DNA of 41,764 nt from Halorubrum sp. (GCA_040405695.1 JARVCL010000090.1:1-41764); one strand, 5' to 3'. Positions 18,783-28,900 are shown, counted from the first letter of the stretch. Notes: generated by a model not told the origin, from the letters alone. Program-made: numbers and translations.

Positions 18783-19865
18783 ATGAACACGGTAACACTC
18801 GAAAACATCCGAAAAGAGTTCGACGATATCGTCGCTGTCGACGGGATCAATCTCGAGGTTGAAGCCGGCGAACTTCTCGTTCTTGTCGGCCCCTCGGGGT
18901 GCGGAAAATCGACGACGCTCCGCATGATTGCGGGGCTGGAGGCCCCGACGTCCGGGAGCGTGTACATCGACGACGAGAACGTTACGGAGGTCGTCCCGCA
19001 ACAACGGGAGCTCTCGATGGTGTTCCAGAATTACGCGCTGTACCCGCACAAAAGCGTCAAGGAAAACCTGCTCTTCCCGCTGTATAAGATGGATCTCACG
19101 GAGGCGGAACGCGAGGAGAAGGTCCAGTGGGTAGCCGAGCTGCTCGACATCACGGATCTGCTCGAAAAGGATCCGGGACAGCTCAGCGGCGGCGAACGAC
19201 AGCGCGTGGCGCTCGGACGGACGGTCGTCAGAGAGCCAGGGTTGTATCTGATGGACGAACCGCTCTCCAATCTGGACGCGGAGCTGCGGGTGAACACCCG
19301 CTCCGAGCTTCGAGACTTACAACAGGAGCTCGGAACCACGACGGTATACGTGACCCACGATCAAGAGGAGGCGATGAGTATCGCTGACCGCTTGGTCGTA
19401 ATGAACGATGGCGAGCTCCAACAGATCGGGACGCCTCGGGAGCTGTATCAGGACCCGACCAATCGGTTCGTCGCGTCTTTCATCGGAGAGCCGAGGATGA
19501 GCTTTCTGCCGGCACGATCGAACAGCGGGGGCGAAATAACGGTTGATATCGGCGGCGACGTTTCGCTGGGGGTCTCCGTTCCGCGGGGTGCGGACGTCGA
19601 GACGCTCGGGATCCGTCCCGAGTCGATCTTCTTCGAGGACGGGGCGGACCCGGAATCCGGTGAATTGAGCACGCCGATCACGATGGACGTGACGACCGTC
19701 GATCCGCTCGGCCACTCCTACGAGGTGCTTCTCGAGCGAGGGGAGGGGTCACTCGTCGGGCTCCTCAAGCAGCCACCGGAACACGATTCGGTGTCAGTTA
19801 GACTGCTTTTGGACAAGCTGTATCTGTTCGATGCCGAGGGCGACCGCGTGGAGGTGATTCGATGA
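18783..19865 (+). CDS. Sugar ABC transporter ATP-binding protein (MalK-like)
   Basis: Walker A GPSGCGKS, VFQNYALYPH, LSGGERQR, MDEPLSNLD, VTHD. Confidence 0.95.
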   Translation: MNTVTLENIRKEFDDIVAVDGINLEVEAGELLVLVGPSGCGKSTTLRMIAGLEAPTSGSVYIDDENVTEVVPQQRELSMVFQNYALYPHKSVKENLLFPLYKMDLTEAEREEKVQWVAELLDITDLLEKDPGQLSGGERQRVALGRTVVREPGLYLMDEPLSNLDAELRVNTRSELRDLQQELGTTTVYVTHDQEEAMSIADRLVVMNDGELQQIGTPRELYQDPTNRFVASFIGEPRMSFLPARSNSGGEITVDIGGDVSLGVSVPRGADVETLGIRPESIFFEDGADPESGELSTPITMDVTTVDPLGHSYEVLLERGEGSLVGLLKQPPEHDSVSVRLLLDKLYLFDAEGDRVEVIR

Positions 19866-20986
19866 GCCGCGTCGAGCTCGAGAACGTCACGAAGGAGTTC
19901 AGCGAGGGGCTCAGTACGATCACGGCGGTTAATGACATCTCGTTGACGGTCGAGGACGGGGAGTTCCTCGTTATCGTCGGCCCGTCGGGCTGTGGGAAGT
20001 CGACGACACTCCGGATGTTGGCCGGCCTGGAAACCGTCACCGAGGGAACGATCCGGTTCGATGGCGAGGAGGTGCAAGAGCTGAAGCCGCCCGCTCGAAA
20101 CATCGCGATGGTGTTCCAGAACTACGCGCTGTACCCGAGCATGAACGTGAGAGAGAACATCGGGTACGGGTTGAAACACACGATGGGCATGCGAAAGGCC
20201 AAGCGGACCGAACGCGTCGACGACATCGCGGAGATGCTCGGTATCACTGACCAGCTGGATCAACAACCCAACGAGCTCTCCGGGGGCCAGCGCCAGCGCG
20301 TCGCGCTCGGTCGTGCGCTCGTCCGTGAACCGAACGTGTTCCTGCTTGATGAACCCCTCTCGAATCTCGACGCGAAGCTCCGTGCACGAATGCGACAGGA
20401 GCTCCAACAGATACACGACGACCTCGGGATCACGTCGATATACGTGACTCACGACCAGAAGGAGGCGATGACGATGGCCGACCGCATCGCGATCCTCGAC
20501 CAAGGGGAGCTACAACAGGTCGGCGAGGTGGAAGACGTGTACAACCGTCCAACGAACCGGTTCGTGGCCGGGTTCATCGGGAGTCCGTCGATGAACTTCC
20601 TCCCCGTGAGCCTTCGCCGGAACGGATCGACCGTCGAGGTGCGAACGGAGAGCTCGACCGTCTGTACGCTGGACGCCGACCGCTTCGACGGAAACTACTC
20701 GCGTGCGACTGCCGGCATCCGTCCCGAACACCTCGATCTGACGACTGACGCGGATAGCAGTTGGACGCGAACATCAGTCGGCGTCTCCGAATACCAGGGT
20801 GACAGTAATTTCGTGTATCTCACCGTCGAAGGAACGTCGTTGGTCTCACGGACCGCCGAATCGGCCTCGCTCTCTAGTGGCGACGACGTGTCGGTCAGCG
20901 TCGATCCGAACGACCTGTATCTGTTCGATCCCGACACGGGTAAAACCATCAAATCGCGGAGCGGAGCGGAGCTGACGTCGCGTTGA
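19862..20986 (+). CDS. Second sugar ABC transporter ATP-binding protein (MalK-like)
   Basis: GPSGCGKS, LSGGQRQR, LDEPLSNLD; ATGA overlap with the preceding ATPase gene. Confidence 0.95.
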   Translation: MSRVELENVTKEFSEGLSTITAVNDISLTVEDGEFLVIVGPSGCGKSTTLRMLAGLETVTEGTIRFDGEEVQELKPPARNIAMVFQNYALYPSMNVRENIGYGLKHTMGMRKAKRTERVDDIAEMLGITDQLDQQPNELSGGQRQRVALGRALVREPNVFLLDEPLSNLDAKLRARMRQELQQIHDDLGITSIYVTHDQKEAMTMADRIAILDQGELQQVGEVEDVYNRPTNRFVAGFIGSPSMNFLPVSLRRNGSTVEVRTESSTVCTLDADRFDGNYSRATAGIRPEHLDLTTDADSSWTRTSVGVSEYQGDSNFVYLTVEGTSLVSRTAESASLSSGDDVSVSVDPNDLYLFDPDTGKTIKSRSGAELTSR

Positions 20987-21003
20987 CCGAGCGGGTCGTC
21001 ACG

Positions 21004-22059
21004 TCACCGGAGTTGCGTTCCGGATTCCTCGCGAATCGCCTCGATAGCCGCTATATCCACGACTCCGTGTTCTCCGTCCGGCTCGACCGGACGATCCGAT
21101 AGAACACACGAAACGAAGTACTCGAACTCCTCACGGATCGCGTTCGCTTCCTCGAATCGGATCGTCGTCGTTCGGGTGCCGTCGTCGATCGTGACGTTCG
21201 TCTCTCCGAAGAACGCCGGCTCAATCCGGACCGACCCCGTCGTCGTCGTGACGTGGAGGTGGCTCGCCTTCGCCGCGTTCTGGCTCGCCGTGTACGCTCC
21301 CAACACACCGTCATCGAACTCAACGGTGAACGCGGCGTGCTCGTCGACGTCGCTGAACGCGTCCGTCGGCGAGCGCGACTGACCCGTAACGGTGACCGGA
21401 TCGGCATCGATGAGGAACCGTGTCGTATTCAACGGGTAGACCCCGAGATCGATCAGCGCCGCGCCGCCGGAGAGCTCCGCGTTCAACCGCCACTGGTCCG
21501 GGTCCGGCGAGATCATCTCGAAGAGGTCCTGTGACATGGAACCTCGAACGTGAACCGGTTCACCGAGCGCTTCCGTTCCGAGGAGGCTCCGCACCCATCT
21601 CACGGCCGGTTCGAAGTGGACCCGATACGCGATCATCAGCGTGACTCCCCCGTCGGCACAGTGGTCCACCATCCGTCGTGACCGTTCGGCCGACGTCTCC
21701 ATCGGCTTTTCACAGAGAACGTGTGCGCCGTGGTCCGCTGCCGCCCGTGTGAACTCGAGGTGCGTCGCGTTCGGCGTGGCGATGTACACCGCATCGTATC
21801 GGTCGTTGTCGACTCCCGCCGTGAACTCGTCGTACGTCAACACTGATCTCGCGTCCGCGTCGTCAGCCACCTCGGCCCCTTTTGATTCATCTCCCGTTAC
21901 GACGCAGGTAACCTCCGCGTGGTCCGACTCGGCGATGGCCGGAATCACCCACTCACGGGTGAACCCGCCTAGACCGACGAGCGCAAAGGAAACGATGCCG
22001 TCAGCCTGCTCCAAATCCCAGCTTTCTGTTACGTGGTTTTGAAAAGACGGTGGATACAT
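21004..22059 (-). CDS. xacA: D-xylose 1-dehydrogenase-like Gfo/Idh/MocA enzyme
   Basis: FALVGLG, YIATPNATH, CEKPME, MIAYR, DQWRL..SGG..LIDLGVYPLNTTRF, VDEH match haloarchaeal xylose dehydrogenases as recalled; sits in a xyloside locus. Confidence 0.75.
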   Translation of the reverse strand: MYPPSFQNHVTESWDLEQADGIVSFALVGLGGFTREWVIPAIAESDHAEVTCVVTGDESKGAEVADDADARSVLTYDEFTAGVDNDRYDAVYIATPNATHLEFTRAAADHGAHVLCEKPMETSAERSRRMVDHCADGGVTLMIAYRVHFEPAVRWVRSLLGTEALGEPVHVRGSMSQDLFEMISPDPDQWRLNAELSGGAALIDLGVYPLNTTRFLIDADPVTVTGQSRSPTDAFSDVDEHAAFTVEFDDGVLGAYTASQNAAKASHLHVTTTTGSVRIEPAFFGETNVTIDDGTRTTTIRFEEANAIREEFEYFVSCVLSDRPVEPDGEHGVVDIAAIEAIREESGTQLR

Positions 22060-22121
22060 ATGATCATAGGGTTCCGCCCGGGGTAAATAGCTATCCTTGC
22101 ACTACCAGTTACACGGCGAGG

Positions 22122-22979
22122 TCACTCTATGTTTTCAAGCTGTGCTTGACGCCACCGCTCGGCGTCCGCCGTCTGGTTGAATGTGTACAGTCTGAGCCGT
22201 CGGACATCGTAGGGATCCGCGTCGAAGTATGGCGCGAGCTCACGGATGAGTTCGCTCGGATCGTAGGTCCCACGAGAACGAAGCATTTCGACGGCAAACC
22301 CAGTTATACCAGTTGTTTTCTTGAGAAACTCGAGCGGCTTCGCGACACCCCACATGCGGCACAGAGACATGAGCCGCCAGTAGTTCATCACGCCGGGAAT
22401 GCCGACTTCGATCGGGATGGATATGCCGCGGTTACGAACGTTCTCTATCCAACCAACGATGTCATCCGAGCTGAACGAGAGTTGTGTCACAATGTAGGTC
22501 GCGTGTTTGGCCTTTTTTTCTAACGCTGCCGCCATCGCCTCATCCGGGATTGACTCATGTCCGGACGGATACCCGCCGATCCCGACCTCATTGAAGTCGT
22601 ATCCGAGGGAGTCAATTGCCAGCAACAGCTCACGTGCGGAGTCGAACTCCCCCACCGGGCTTTCCCTGTCGCCGCCGATAACGAATATCTCGGACGTCTC
22701 CACGGTCGTCAACCGCGACAGGATTCGGTCGAGTTCCGCTTCGTCCTCAATGAATCGGGCACCGAGGTGTGGGACCGCGTGATATCCTGCTTCGGCGGCT
22801 TGCACCGTTCGATCTATTGTCGGCACGATACCGTTTTCTGGATTCAACGTAATTCCCACACGCGATCCGGCAGGAACGTTCTCGAGCGCCTGTTCAAAAG
22901 TCTCGATCGAGTTCAGATCGTAGGTAATGTCCGTGAGCATTTTTTTAATCAGAGGGTTCACGCTGGTAATTGTTGACAT
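22122..22979 (-). CDS. metF: Methylenetetrahydrofolate reductase (MetF)-like flavoprotein
   Basis: VPHLGAR, FVIGGD, GGYPSGH, KK...YIVTQLSF, GIPG, LYTFNQ. Confidence 0.8.
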   Translation of the reverse strand: MSTITSVNPLIKKMLTDITYDLNSIETFEQALENVPAGSRVGITLNPENGIVPTIDRTVQAAEAGYHAVPHLGARFIEDEAELDRILSRLTTVETSEIFVIGGDRESPVGEFDSARELLLAIDSLGYDFNEVGIGGYPSGHESIPDEAMAAALEKKAKHATYIVTQLSFSSDDIVGWIENVRNRGISIPIEVGIPGVMNYWRLMSLCRMWGVAKPLEFLKKTTGITGFAVEMLRSRGTYDPSELIRELAPYFDADPYDVRRLRLYTFNQTADAERWRQAQLENIE

Positions 22980-22980
22980 A

Positions 22981-22996
22981 CAACAATATATTCTTA
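22981..22996 (-). promoter_or_regulatory. Candidate operator TAAGAATATATTGTTG between the TATA box and the metF-like start
   Basis: 15/16 identical to 30076-30091 on the opposite strand; TTTATAT TATA-like box just upstream on the minus strand. Confidence 0.55.
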
Positions 22997-23168
22997 CGAC
23001 GCTAATATAAATTTGTCGCCGTGGACGCTGAACTGCACCCGAATAGGCGGTTTTAGTCCACTTGGTGAAGACTCCGAGACGTTCCCATCAGATCTCACCG
23101 GTCGTCTACGTGCGTGCTCAACTGAATAATCGATACTTTTATTTATTCCATACCGACTTTTTGTTAAT

Positions 23169-23963
23169 ATGTACGATCTCCATATACATACTCGCTACTC
23201 CGACGGCGACAACATGTGGATGTTAAAGAACGCCGCCGAGGAGATATCATTCGACACCATTGGGTTCGTTGATCACGCTATTGTCACCGACGACGACCTC
23301 CGCACGCAGCAGAAATATAATCTCGCGCACGTCTTCGATAAGACCTATGAGTATAGGCGGAAAGCTATCAAGTTCCACCAGCAGGATACTGACGTCGAAC
23401 TGCTTGACGGGATTGAAATGGATTTTCAGATCGGAGACGAGTCTCAAATAGCATCTTTTTTCGCCGAAGCAGAGTTCGAGTACACGATTGGGAGCGTCCA
23501 CACCGTCCACGGAACCACAATCCCATATATTGATGCTTTTGAGCATGCATCAGAAGAGCAGATAACAGAGGCGGTTGAGGAGTACTACGTTCAACTGGAG
23601 GCGCTGATCCGGTCCGGGTTGTTCGACATTGCTGCTCACGTGGACCTGATCGAGACCACTCCGCATACATATGGGCGGACGACCCGAGAGCATGCCGAAC
23701 GGATCGCCGACGCGTTCGAGGAGAGTCAGACGGTCCCTGAGATCAATGTGAAACCAATACTCGAGGCTTCCGGAATAGAGTATCATCCGGATGATCCTCT
23801 CCGCTCCGAGCTGTTGAAGCGGAACGTTCCGTTTACTCTTGGATCGGACGCACACTCGGTAGAACAGCTTCGCGAGCGCGCGCCAAAACTCGAAGAGGTG
23901 CGACGCGAGCTAGACGCTGAGATCGTCGATCCCGAACAGATAGTTAGTGCATCTTCGACGTGA
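23169..23963 (+). CDS. PHP-domain hydrolase (HisJ-type histidinol-phosphatase family)
   Basis: DLHIHT.YSDG, VDH, GIE, GSVH, AHVD, EIN, GSDAH. Confidence 0.85.
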   Translation: MYDLHIHTRYSDGDNMWMLKNAAEEISFDTIGFVDHAIVTDDDLRTQQKYNLAHVFDKTYEYRRKAIKFHQQDTDVELLDGIEMDFQIGDESQIASFFAEAEFEYTIGSVHTVHGTTIPYIDAFEHASEEQITEAVEEYYVQLEALIRSGLFDIAAHVDLIETTPHTYGRTTREHAERIADAFEESQTVPEINVKPILEASGIEYHPDDPLRSELLKRNVPFTLGSDAHSVEQLRERAPKLEEVRRELDAEIVDPEQIVSASST

Positions 23964-24016
23964 CTGTAAGGCGAGCGGGGACGATGATTTAAGTCGTTCA
24001 TATCGAAACATAGCGC

Positions 24017-25591
24017 ATGGCTCCTTCACGCCCACACGTCCGTCCACCGACAACCGATGACGTCCGTGAGTACGCAACTCGACTGGGTCTGTCGCTGTCG
24101 GACCCGGAAATCGAAACCTACACGAAGCTCATCGCGTCGAAGCTCGGGGTGATCCGTGCACTCGATTCGCTTCCCGACGGTGAGACCTCCCCGATCGCCG
24201 CAGTCCGGGACAGGGGACACCTTCCGGACTCGGCTGCGGACCCGCACAACGCGTTCATTCGTCGATGTACCGTCGAGAGCTCAGACGACGGTCCGCTGAG
24301 CGGGATGACGGTTGGCGTCAAAGACAACATCGCGGTCGCGGGCGTCGAGTTGACAGCCGGAACGAAGGCGCTTGAGGGGTATGTTCCGTCGTTCGACGCG
24401 ACAGTGGTGACACGGTTGCTCAAGGCAGGTGCCACGGTGACCGGGAAGACTAACCTCGACGAGCTGGCGGTTTCCGGGAGCGGGGAGCCAACCGCCACCG
24501 GCGTGATCCGGAATCCACATAGTGACTCACATCTGGCGGGGGGATCCTCCGGCGGTTCCGCCGTCGCAGTCGTCAACGGGGACGTCGACATCGCGCTGGG
24601 AACCGATCAGGCGGGGTCGCTCCGCACGCCGGCCTCTTGGTGTGGCTGTGTTGGATTCAAACCGACGTACGGGCTCGTTCCTTACACCGGTTGTCTACCC
24701 GGGGGACCGACGTATGACCACGCCGGACCGATCACGCGTACAGTGTCGGAGTGTGCAGACGTGTTGTCGGTCCTCGCCGGACCGGACGGTCGGGACCATC
24801 GGCAACCGTTCGATGGTCCGGCGACCGTGGACCCAGTACCGGACGACTACACGGTCTTCCTTGAGAAACCGGTTTCTGAATGTTCCATCGGCGTCATTCA
24901 GGAGGGGTTCGGTCTCGAACACAGCGAGCCGATAGTGGACGAGACCGTCATGGAGGCGATGGACGCCGTCGCCGACCAGGGAGCGGACATCGAAGAGGTG
25001 TCGATCCCGTGGCACGACCATGGGGTGGTTATCTGGCTCGGCGTGGCGTGGAGCGAGAGCGCCGCGCTGCTACGGGACAACGGACAGGGTTACTACACTG
25101 ACGGACAGTACTTCACGCAGTACCTCCGGAAAATGGAGGAAGCACTCGAGACGCGCAGCGACGAGTTCGCCCCCACGGTCAAATCGAAGCTGCTTCTCGG
25201 GGAGTACCTCCGGGAAACCTACGGCGGCTACTACCACGCGAAAGCACAGAACCTCCGTGGACGACTGTGTGACGCATACGACGAACGATTGGCAACATAT
25301 GACGTCCTCGCACTTCCCACTACGCCGACCACTGCATTCGAACGGCGGGAAGACCTGACCACGACTGAGCTCGTTGAGCGCGCACAGGGGAAGAAGGGAC
25401 GAACACAGAACACTATGCCGTTTGATATGACAGGTCACCCAGCGATTACTATCCCATGCGGTCGGGACGACGACGGATTACCGATCGGACTCATGCTCGT
25501 CGGGAACCGGTTCGACGACGGGACCGTGCTCGCGGTCGCCGACACGCTCGAAAACGAGATCGCGTACGACCCTTCGCCTCCGTCACACTGA
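24017..25591 (+). CDS. Amidase signature family amidase
   Basis: VKDN (catalytic Lys), GGSSGGS, GTDQAGSLRTPAS (nucleophile Ser), TGHPAITIP; TTTAAG about 28 bp upstream. Confidence 0.92.
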   Translation: MAPSRPHVRPPTTDDVREYATRLGLSLSDPEIETYTKLIASKLGVIRALDSLPDGETSPIAAVRDRGHLPDSAADPHNAFIRRCTVESSDDGPLSGMTVGVKDNIAVAGVELTAGTKALEGYVPSFDATVVTRLLKAGATVTGKTNLDELAVSGSGEPTATGVIRNPHSDSHLAGGSSGGSAVAVVNGDVDIALGTDQAGSLRTPASWCGCVGFKPTYGLVPYTGCLPGGPTYDHAGPITRTVSECADVLSVLAGPDGRDHRQPFDGPATVDPVPDDYTVFLEKPVSECSIGVIQEGFGLEHSEPIVDETVMEAMDAVADQGADIEEVSIPWHDHGVVIWLGVAWSESAALLRDNGQGYYTDGQYFTQYLRKMEEALETRSDEFAPTVKSKLLLGEYLRETYGGYYHAKAQNLRGRLCDAYDERLATYDVLALPTTPTTAFERREDLTTTELVERAQGKKGRTQNTMPFDMTGHPAITIPCGRDDDGLPIGLMLVGNRFDDGTVLAVADTLENEIAYDPSPPSH

Positions 25592-25640
25592 TACGGCAAT
25601 TCGAACCGCGATGCGGCCGGTCAGCGGGGTCACGTCGGCT

Positions 25641-26387
25641 TTACCGATAACTGATCCCGCCGTCCGGGTGGAGCGTGCTGGCAGTGATGAACGAAGACTG
25701 ATCGCTTGCGAGGAACTCGATTGTATCAATAACATCATCCGGGGTTCCGTTCCGCGGTAACACCTGATAATCGGCTATGGTGTCGAGGTACTCCTCGCCG
25801 AGCTGTTGGCTCGCCTCGGAGGTCACCAGCCCGGGAGCCACGGCGTTGACCCGCACGCCGTCTTCTCCTACCTCGTTCGCTATCGCACGCGTGAGCGGCG
25901 GGATCGCTCCCTTCGACGTCACGTAGTGTGGGTACCCAGTAACCCCGTTGTACATCACCGCAGAGGCGATGTTGATAACGCTGCCTGATCCCTGCTCGGC
26001 CATGTGTGGAACCATCTGTTTACAACAGATGAAGACGCCAGTAACATTCACGTCCAGCACGGAACGCCACTCCTCGACCGGAATCTCGTCGAAGCTCCGG
26101 TCGCGCCCCTCGAGCAGCGGCTCGTACATCGCAGCGTTGTTGATCAACACGTCTATGGTTCCGAACCGGTTGAGGACCGCGTCGGTGAACTCGCTCACGC
26201 TCTCTTCGTCGGTCACGTCGGTCTCCATGCCCATCGCCTCAGCGTCCAGTCCTTCGGCAACTGTCGCCGCGTTCTGGATGTCTGCGATCGCGACCGACGC
26301 ATCCTTTGACGCGAATCTTTCTGCCATCCGCTTTCCGATACCGCTTCCGCCACCCGTCACCACGACGGTGTGCTCAGGGAACTCCAT
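25641..26387 (-). CDS. Short-chain dehydrogenase/reductase (SDR)
   Basis: TGGGSGIG, NNAA, YVTSK (YxxxK), VNAVAPG; likely start MEFPE at 26387. Confidence 0.92.
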   Translation of the reverse strand: MEFPEHTVVVTGGGSGIGKRMAERFASKDASVAIADIQNAATVAEGLDAEAMGMETDVTDEESVSEFTDAVLNRFGTIDVLINNAAMYEPLLEGRDRSFDEIPVEEWRSVLDVNVTGVFICCKQMVPHMAEQGSGSVINIASAVMYNGVTGYPHYVTSKGAIPPLTRAIANEVGEDGVRVNAVAPGLVTSEASQQLGEEYLDTIADYQVLPRNGTPDDVIDTIEFLASDQSSFITASTLHPDGGISYR

Positions 26388-26455
26388 CGTGAAGATCTCA
26401 CACACGGCCGGAACATAAAACCACGAGGAAATCAACGCTCCAGACGTGAACGGGG

Positions 26456-27286
26456 TCAGTCCTTCCATTTGAACGCGTACGCCTCAACGGGTTTGAGAAC
26501 GACGTACTCCACCACGAGAATCACGATGACGAACAGCATGAGATACGCCAGCACCGATTCGATCTCACCGATCTGGTAGTGGTACCGGAACCGCGTCCCG
26601 AGTCCTTCCTGGAGACCGAACACCTCCCCGAGAACGACGATCTTCCAGACCATCCCGAACACGTACCGATAGCTGCCGAATATATACGGAAGTAAATGTG
26701 GCACGTACACGTCTCTCCACAGCTGCACCGTGGAGGCCCCGAACGACTGCGCCATTGTGATCAAGTCCGTATCGATGTCCTGTGCACCCTGCCACATATT
26801 CACGATTCCAAACGGCGTCGACGCAATCACGACGGCAATGATGACGCCGCGTTCGTTGAATCCGAACCATACCATGCTGAGCAGGATTATCACGACGGTC
26901 GGTATCGTCATCGCGAACGGTAACAGACTCGATAACCCCTCTTCGAACGGGCGTGATGTCGTCATCAGTACTCCCGCGGTGACGGAGGCAGCCAGCGCAA
27001 GGAGGCTCGCGAGAACCGCGCGCCTCAACGAGTACTGCAGGTGATCGATGCCGGTAAGCCCGTGAAAGTCCTCAGTCAATGCAACCGTGACCGTTGTCTC
27101 GAACGTCATGACTGGCCGCGGCAGCGTATTCGGGTCACCGAGAACAATCGCGAGCGCGTCCCAAAGAGCGATTAGTGCTAGGATCGGTACGAAGACTTCC
27201 AAAATAATCCGGCGTGTCCGATCCCGCAGCATTCCCCACGACGGCAGCAGTTCTGAGGCCAACCGGTCGCCCGTACCGGTGCTCAT
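26456..27286 (-). CDS. NitT/TauT-family ABC transporter permease
   Basis: Hydrophobic helices; MAQSFGAS..LWRDVYVP and WK.VV.GE..G...GLG motifs. Confidence 0.88.
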   Translation of the reverse strand: MSTGTGDRLASELLPSWGMLRDRTRRIILEVFVPILALIALWDALAIVLGDPNTLPRPVMTFETTVTVALTEDFHGLTGIDHLQYSLRRAVLASLLALAASVTAGVLMTTSRPFEEGLSSLLPFAMTIPTVVIILLSMVWFGFNERGVIIAVVIASTPFGIVNMWQGAQDIDTDLITMAQSFGASTVQLWRDVYVPHLLPYIFGSYRYVFGMVWKIVVLGEVFGLQEGLGTRFRYHYQIGEIESVLAYLMLFVIVILVVEYVVLKPVEAYAFKWKD

Positions 27287-28050
27287 GGATCACTCCGTTC
27301 GATCCGTTCCATATGCTCGAAGAACGTATCCATCAGTGTCGTCTCGATCTCCGAGAGCCGGGGATCGTCCGGTTCACGAGGGCGGTCGCATTCGATCGTC
27401 GCACGGTTGAACACGTGCCCTTCGGTATCCAGAAACAGGATCTTATCCGATAAGTAGATCGCCTCACTAATGTCGTGAGTAACGAATAACACAGTTTTTC
27501 CAGTCTCCTGCCACAGATCGATGAGATCGTCACGGAGCTGGTGGGCCGATATCTCGTCCAACTCGCTGAACGGCTCGTCCATGAGTAACACGTCGGGATT
27601 GACCGACAGCGCCCGAGCAATGCCCACACGCTGTCGTTGCCCACCCGACAGACGAAGGGGATAGCTGTCGCGTTCGTCCCCAAGTCCGACCATCGATAGC
27701 GTGTCGGTGATCCGTCGGTCGTGCTCGTCCGACGGGACTCCCTGCGCTCTCATCGCGAACTTGATGTTCTCACCGACGGTCCGCCAGTCCAACAGTCTCG
27801 GCTCCTGAAACACGTAGGCGATCGGGAGATCCGACGAGGATGTAAGGTTTCCATCCCGACGTATTTTTCCCGTGTCCTGTGACAACAGTCCCGCGAGCAC
27901 GTTCAAAAGTGTCGACTTTCCGCATCCCGATGGACCCATTATGGTGGTGAACGACCCCTCCTCGATCCGCATGTCGATATCATCCAACGCGACGACGCGG
28001 CGGTCTCCGTCCTGAAACGATTTACTGAGGTTCTCGATCTGAATCGTCAT
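27283..28050 (-). CDS. NitT/TauT-family ABC transporter ATP-binding protein
   Basis: GPSGCGKS, VFQEPRLLDWRTV, LSGGQRQR, MDEPFSELD, VTHD. Confidence 0.93.
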   Translation of the reverse strand: MTIQIENLSKSFQDGDRRVVALDDIDMRIEEGSFTTIMGPSGCGKSTLLNVLAGLLSQDTGKIRRDGNLTSSSDLPIAYVFQEPRLLDWRTVGENIKFAMRAQGVPSDEHDRRITDTLSMVGLGDERDSYPLRLSGGQRQRVGIARALSVNPDVLLMDEPFSELDEISAHQLRDDLIDLWQETGKTVLFVTHDISEAIYLSDKILFLDTEGHVFNRATIECDRPREPDDPRLSEIETTLMDTFFEHMERIERSDP

Positions 28051-28051
28051 G

Positions 28052-28882
28052 TCATCTCACCCGTTTCGTTTCCGCGGCGTCGCCAGGACGCCAGCCAAAA
28101 TAATTGGTTTCGATACGATGTAGCGCGCGCTCGAGCAGGAACATTGCCAACATCATCGGGACGGACCAGACGATAATCATGTCCGCTCGCATCGCCTCGT
28201 AGTAGATGTTGATCACGTATCCGATCCCGGACGTCGCCCCAAATATCTCGGCCACGAGCGAGAGCTTCCAAGACAGCGCCACGGCGAGTCGCGCAGAGGC
28301 GAACACGAACGGCATGAGTGACGGGATCAACACGTGCCGCCATTTCATCGCTAGTCCGGCATCGAACGCGTTTGCCATCTCGAGGATGTCCTCGTCGATC
28401 GACTCCGCCCCCTTCCACACGTTCACCGTGATATAGGGGGCGACGATGAGAACCATGACGACGACCATGACGAGGTACGTCGTGATCCCGAACCACATGA
28501 CGGTGACGAACGCCCAAACGACGGACGGAAACGCTAAGACGATCATGACGGGTGCGGTGAGGTATCGCCCTCGTTTCGCCCATCCCATGACCGTCCCCAG
28601 CGTCACGCCGATCACCAACGAGATCACGCTCGCGATGGCGATCCGTTGAATCGATATGGACGCGTGTGTCAGGAACTGATACTGGCCTCCCCCGCTAACG
28701 ACGACCAAGACTTGCTCAGCGACGTAAATCACGCCAGGGAGGTCGCGCTGGGCGAAGAACAGCGAGGCAGTCTGCCAGCACAACAGGAATACCACGAACG
28801 CGATCACCGGTGCCATAGGGAGCACGCTCCCAACGCGGCGTCCCGCTCCCCGGAGTTCGATCGTACCGTCGAATGTGGACAT
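28052..28882 (-). CDS. NitT/TauT-family ABC transporter permease
   Basis: Hydrophobic helices; EMANAFDA..HVLIPSLMP and WKLSLVAE..G..SGIG motifs. Confidence 0.88.
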   Translation of the reverse strand: MSTFDGTIELRGAGRRVGSVLPMAPVIAFVVFLLCWQTASLFFAQRDLPGVIYVAEQVLVVVSGGGQYQFLTHASISIQRIAIASVISLVIGVTLGTVMGWAKRGRYLTAPVMIVLAFPSVVWAFVTVMWFGITTYLVMVVVMVLIVAPYITVNVWKGAESIDEDILEMANAFDAGLAMKWRHVLIPSLMPFVFASARLAVALSWKLSLVAEIFGATSGIGYVINIYYEAMRADMIIVWSVPMMLAMFLLERALHRIETNYFGWRPGDAAETKRVR

Positions 28883-28900
28883 ATCGGCGGTGAAACGGAG

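Noticed and set aside
22059-22068. Palindrome TATGATCATA at the xylose dehydrogenase start as an operator
   Set aside because: Only one 10-bp instance; I found no convincing copy in the other xylose-locus promoters.
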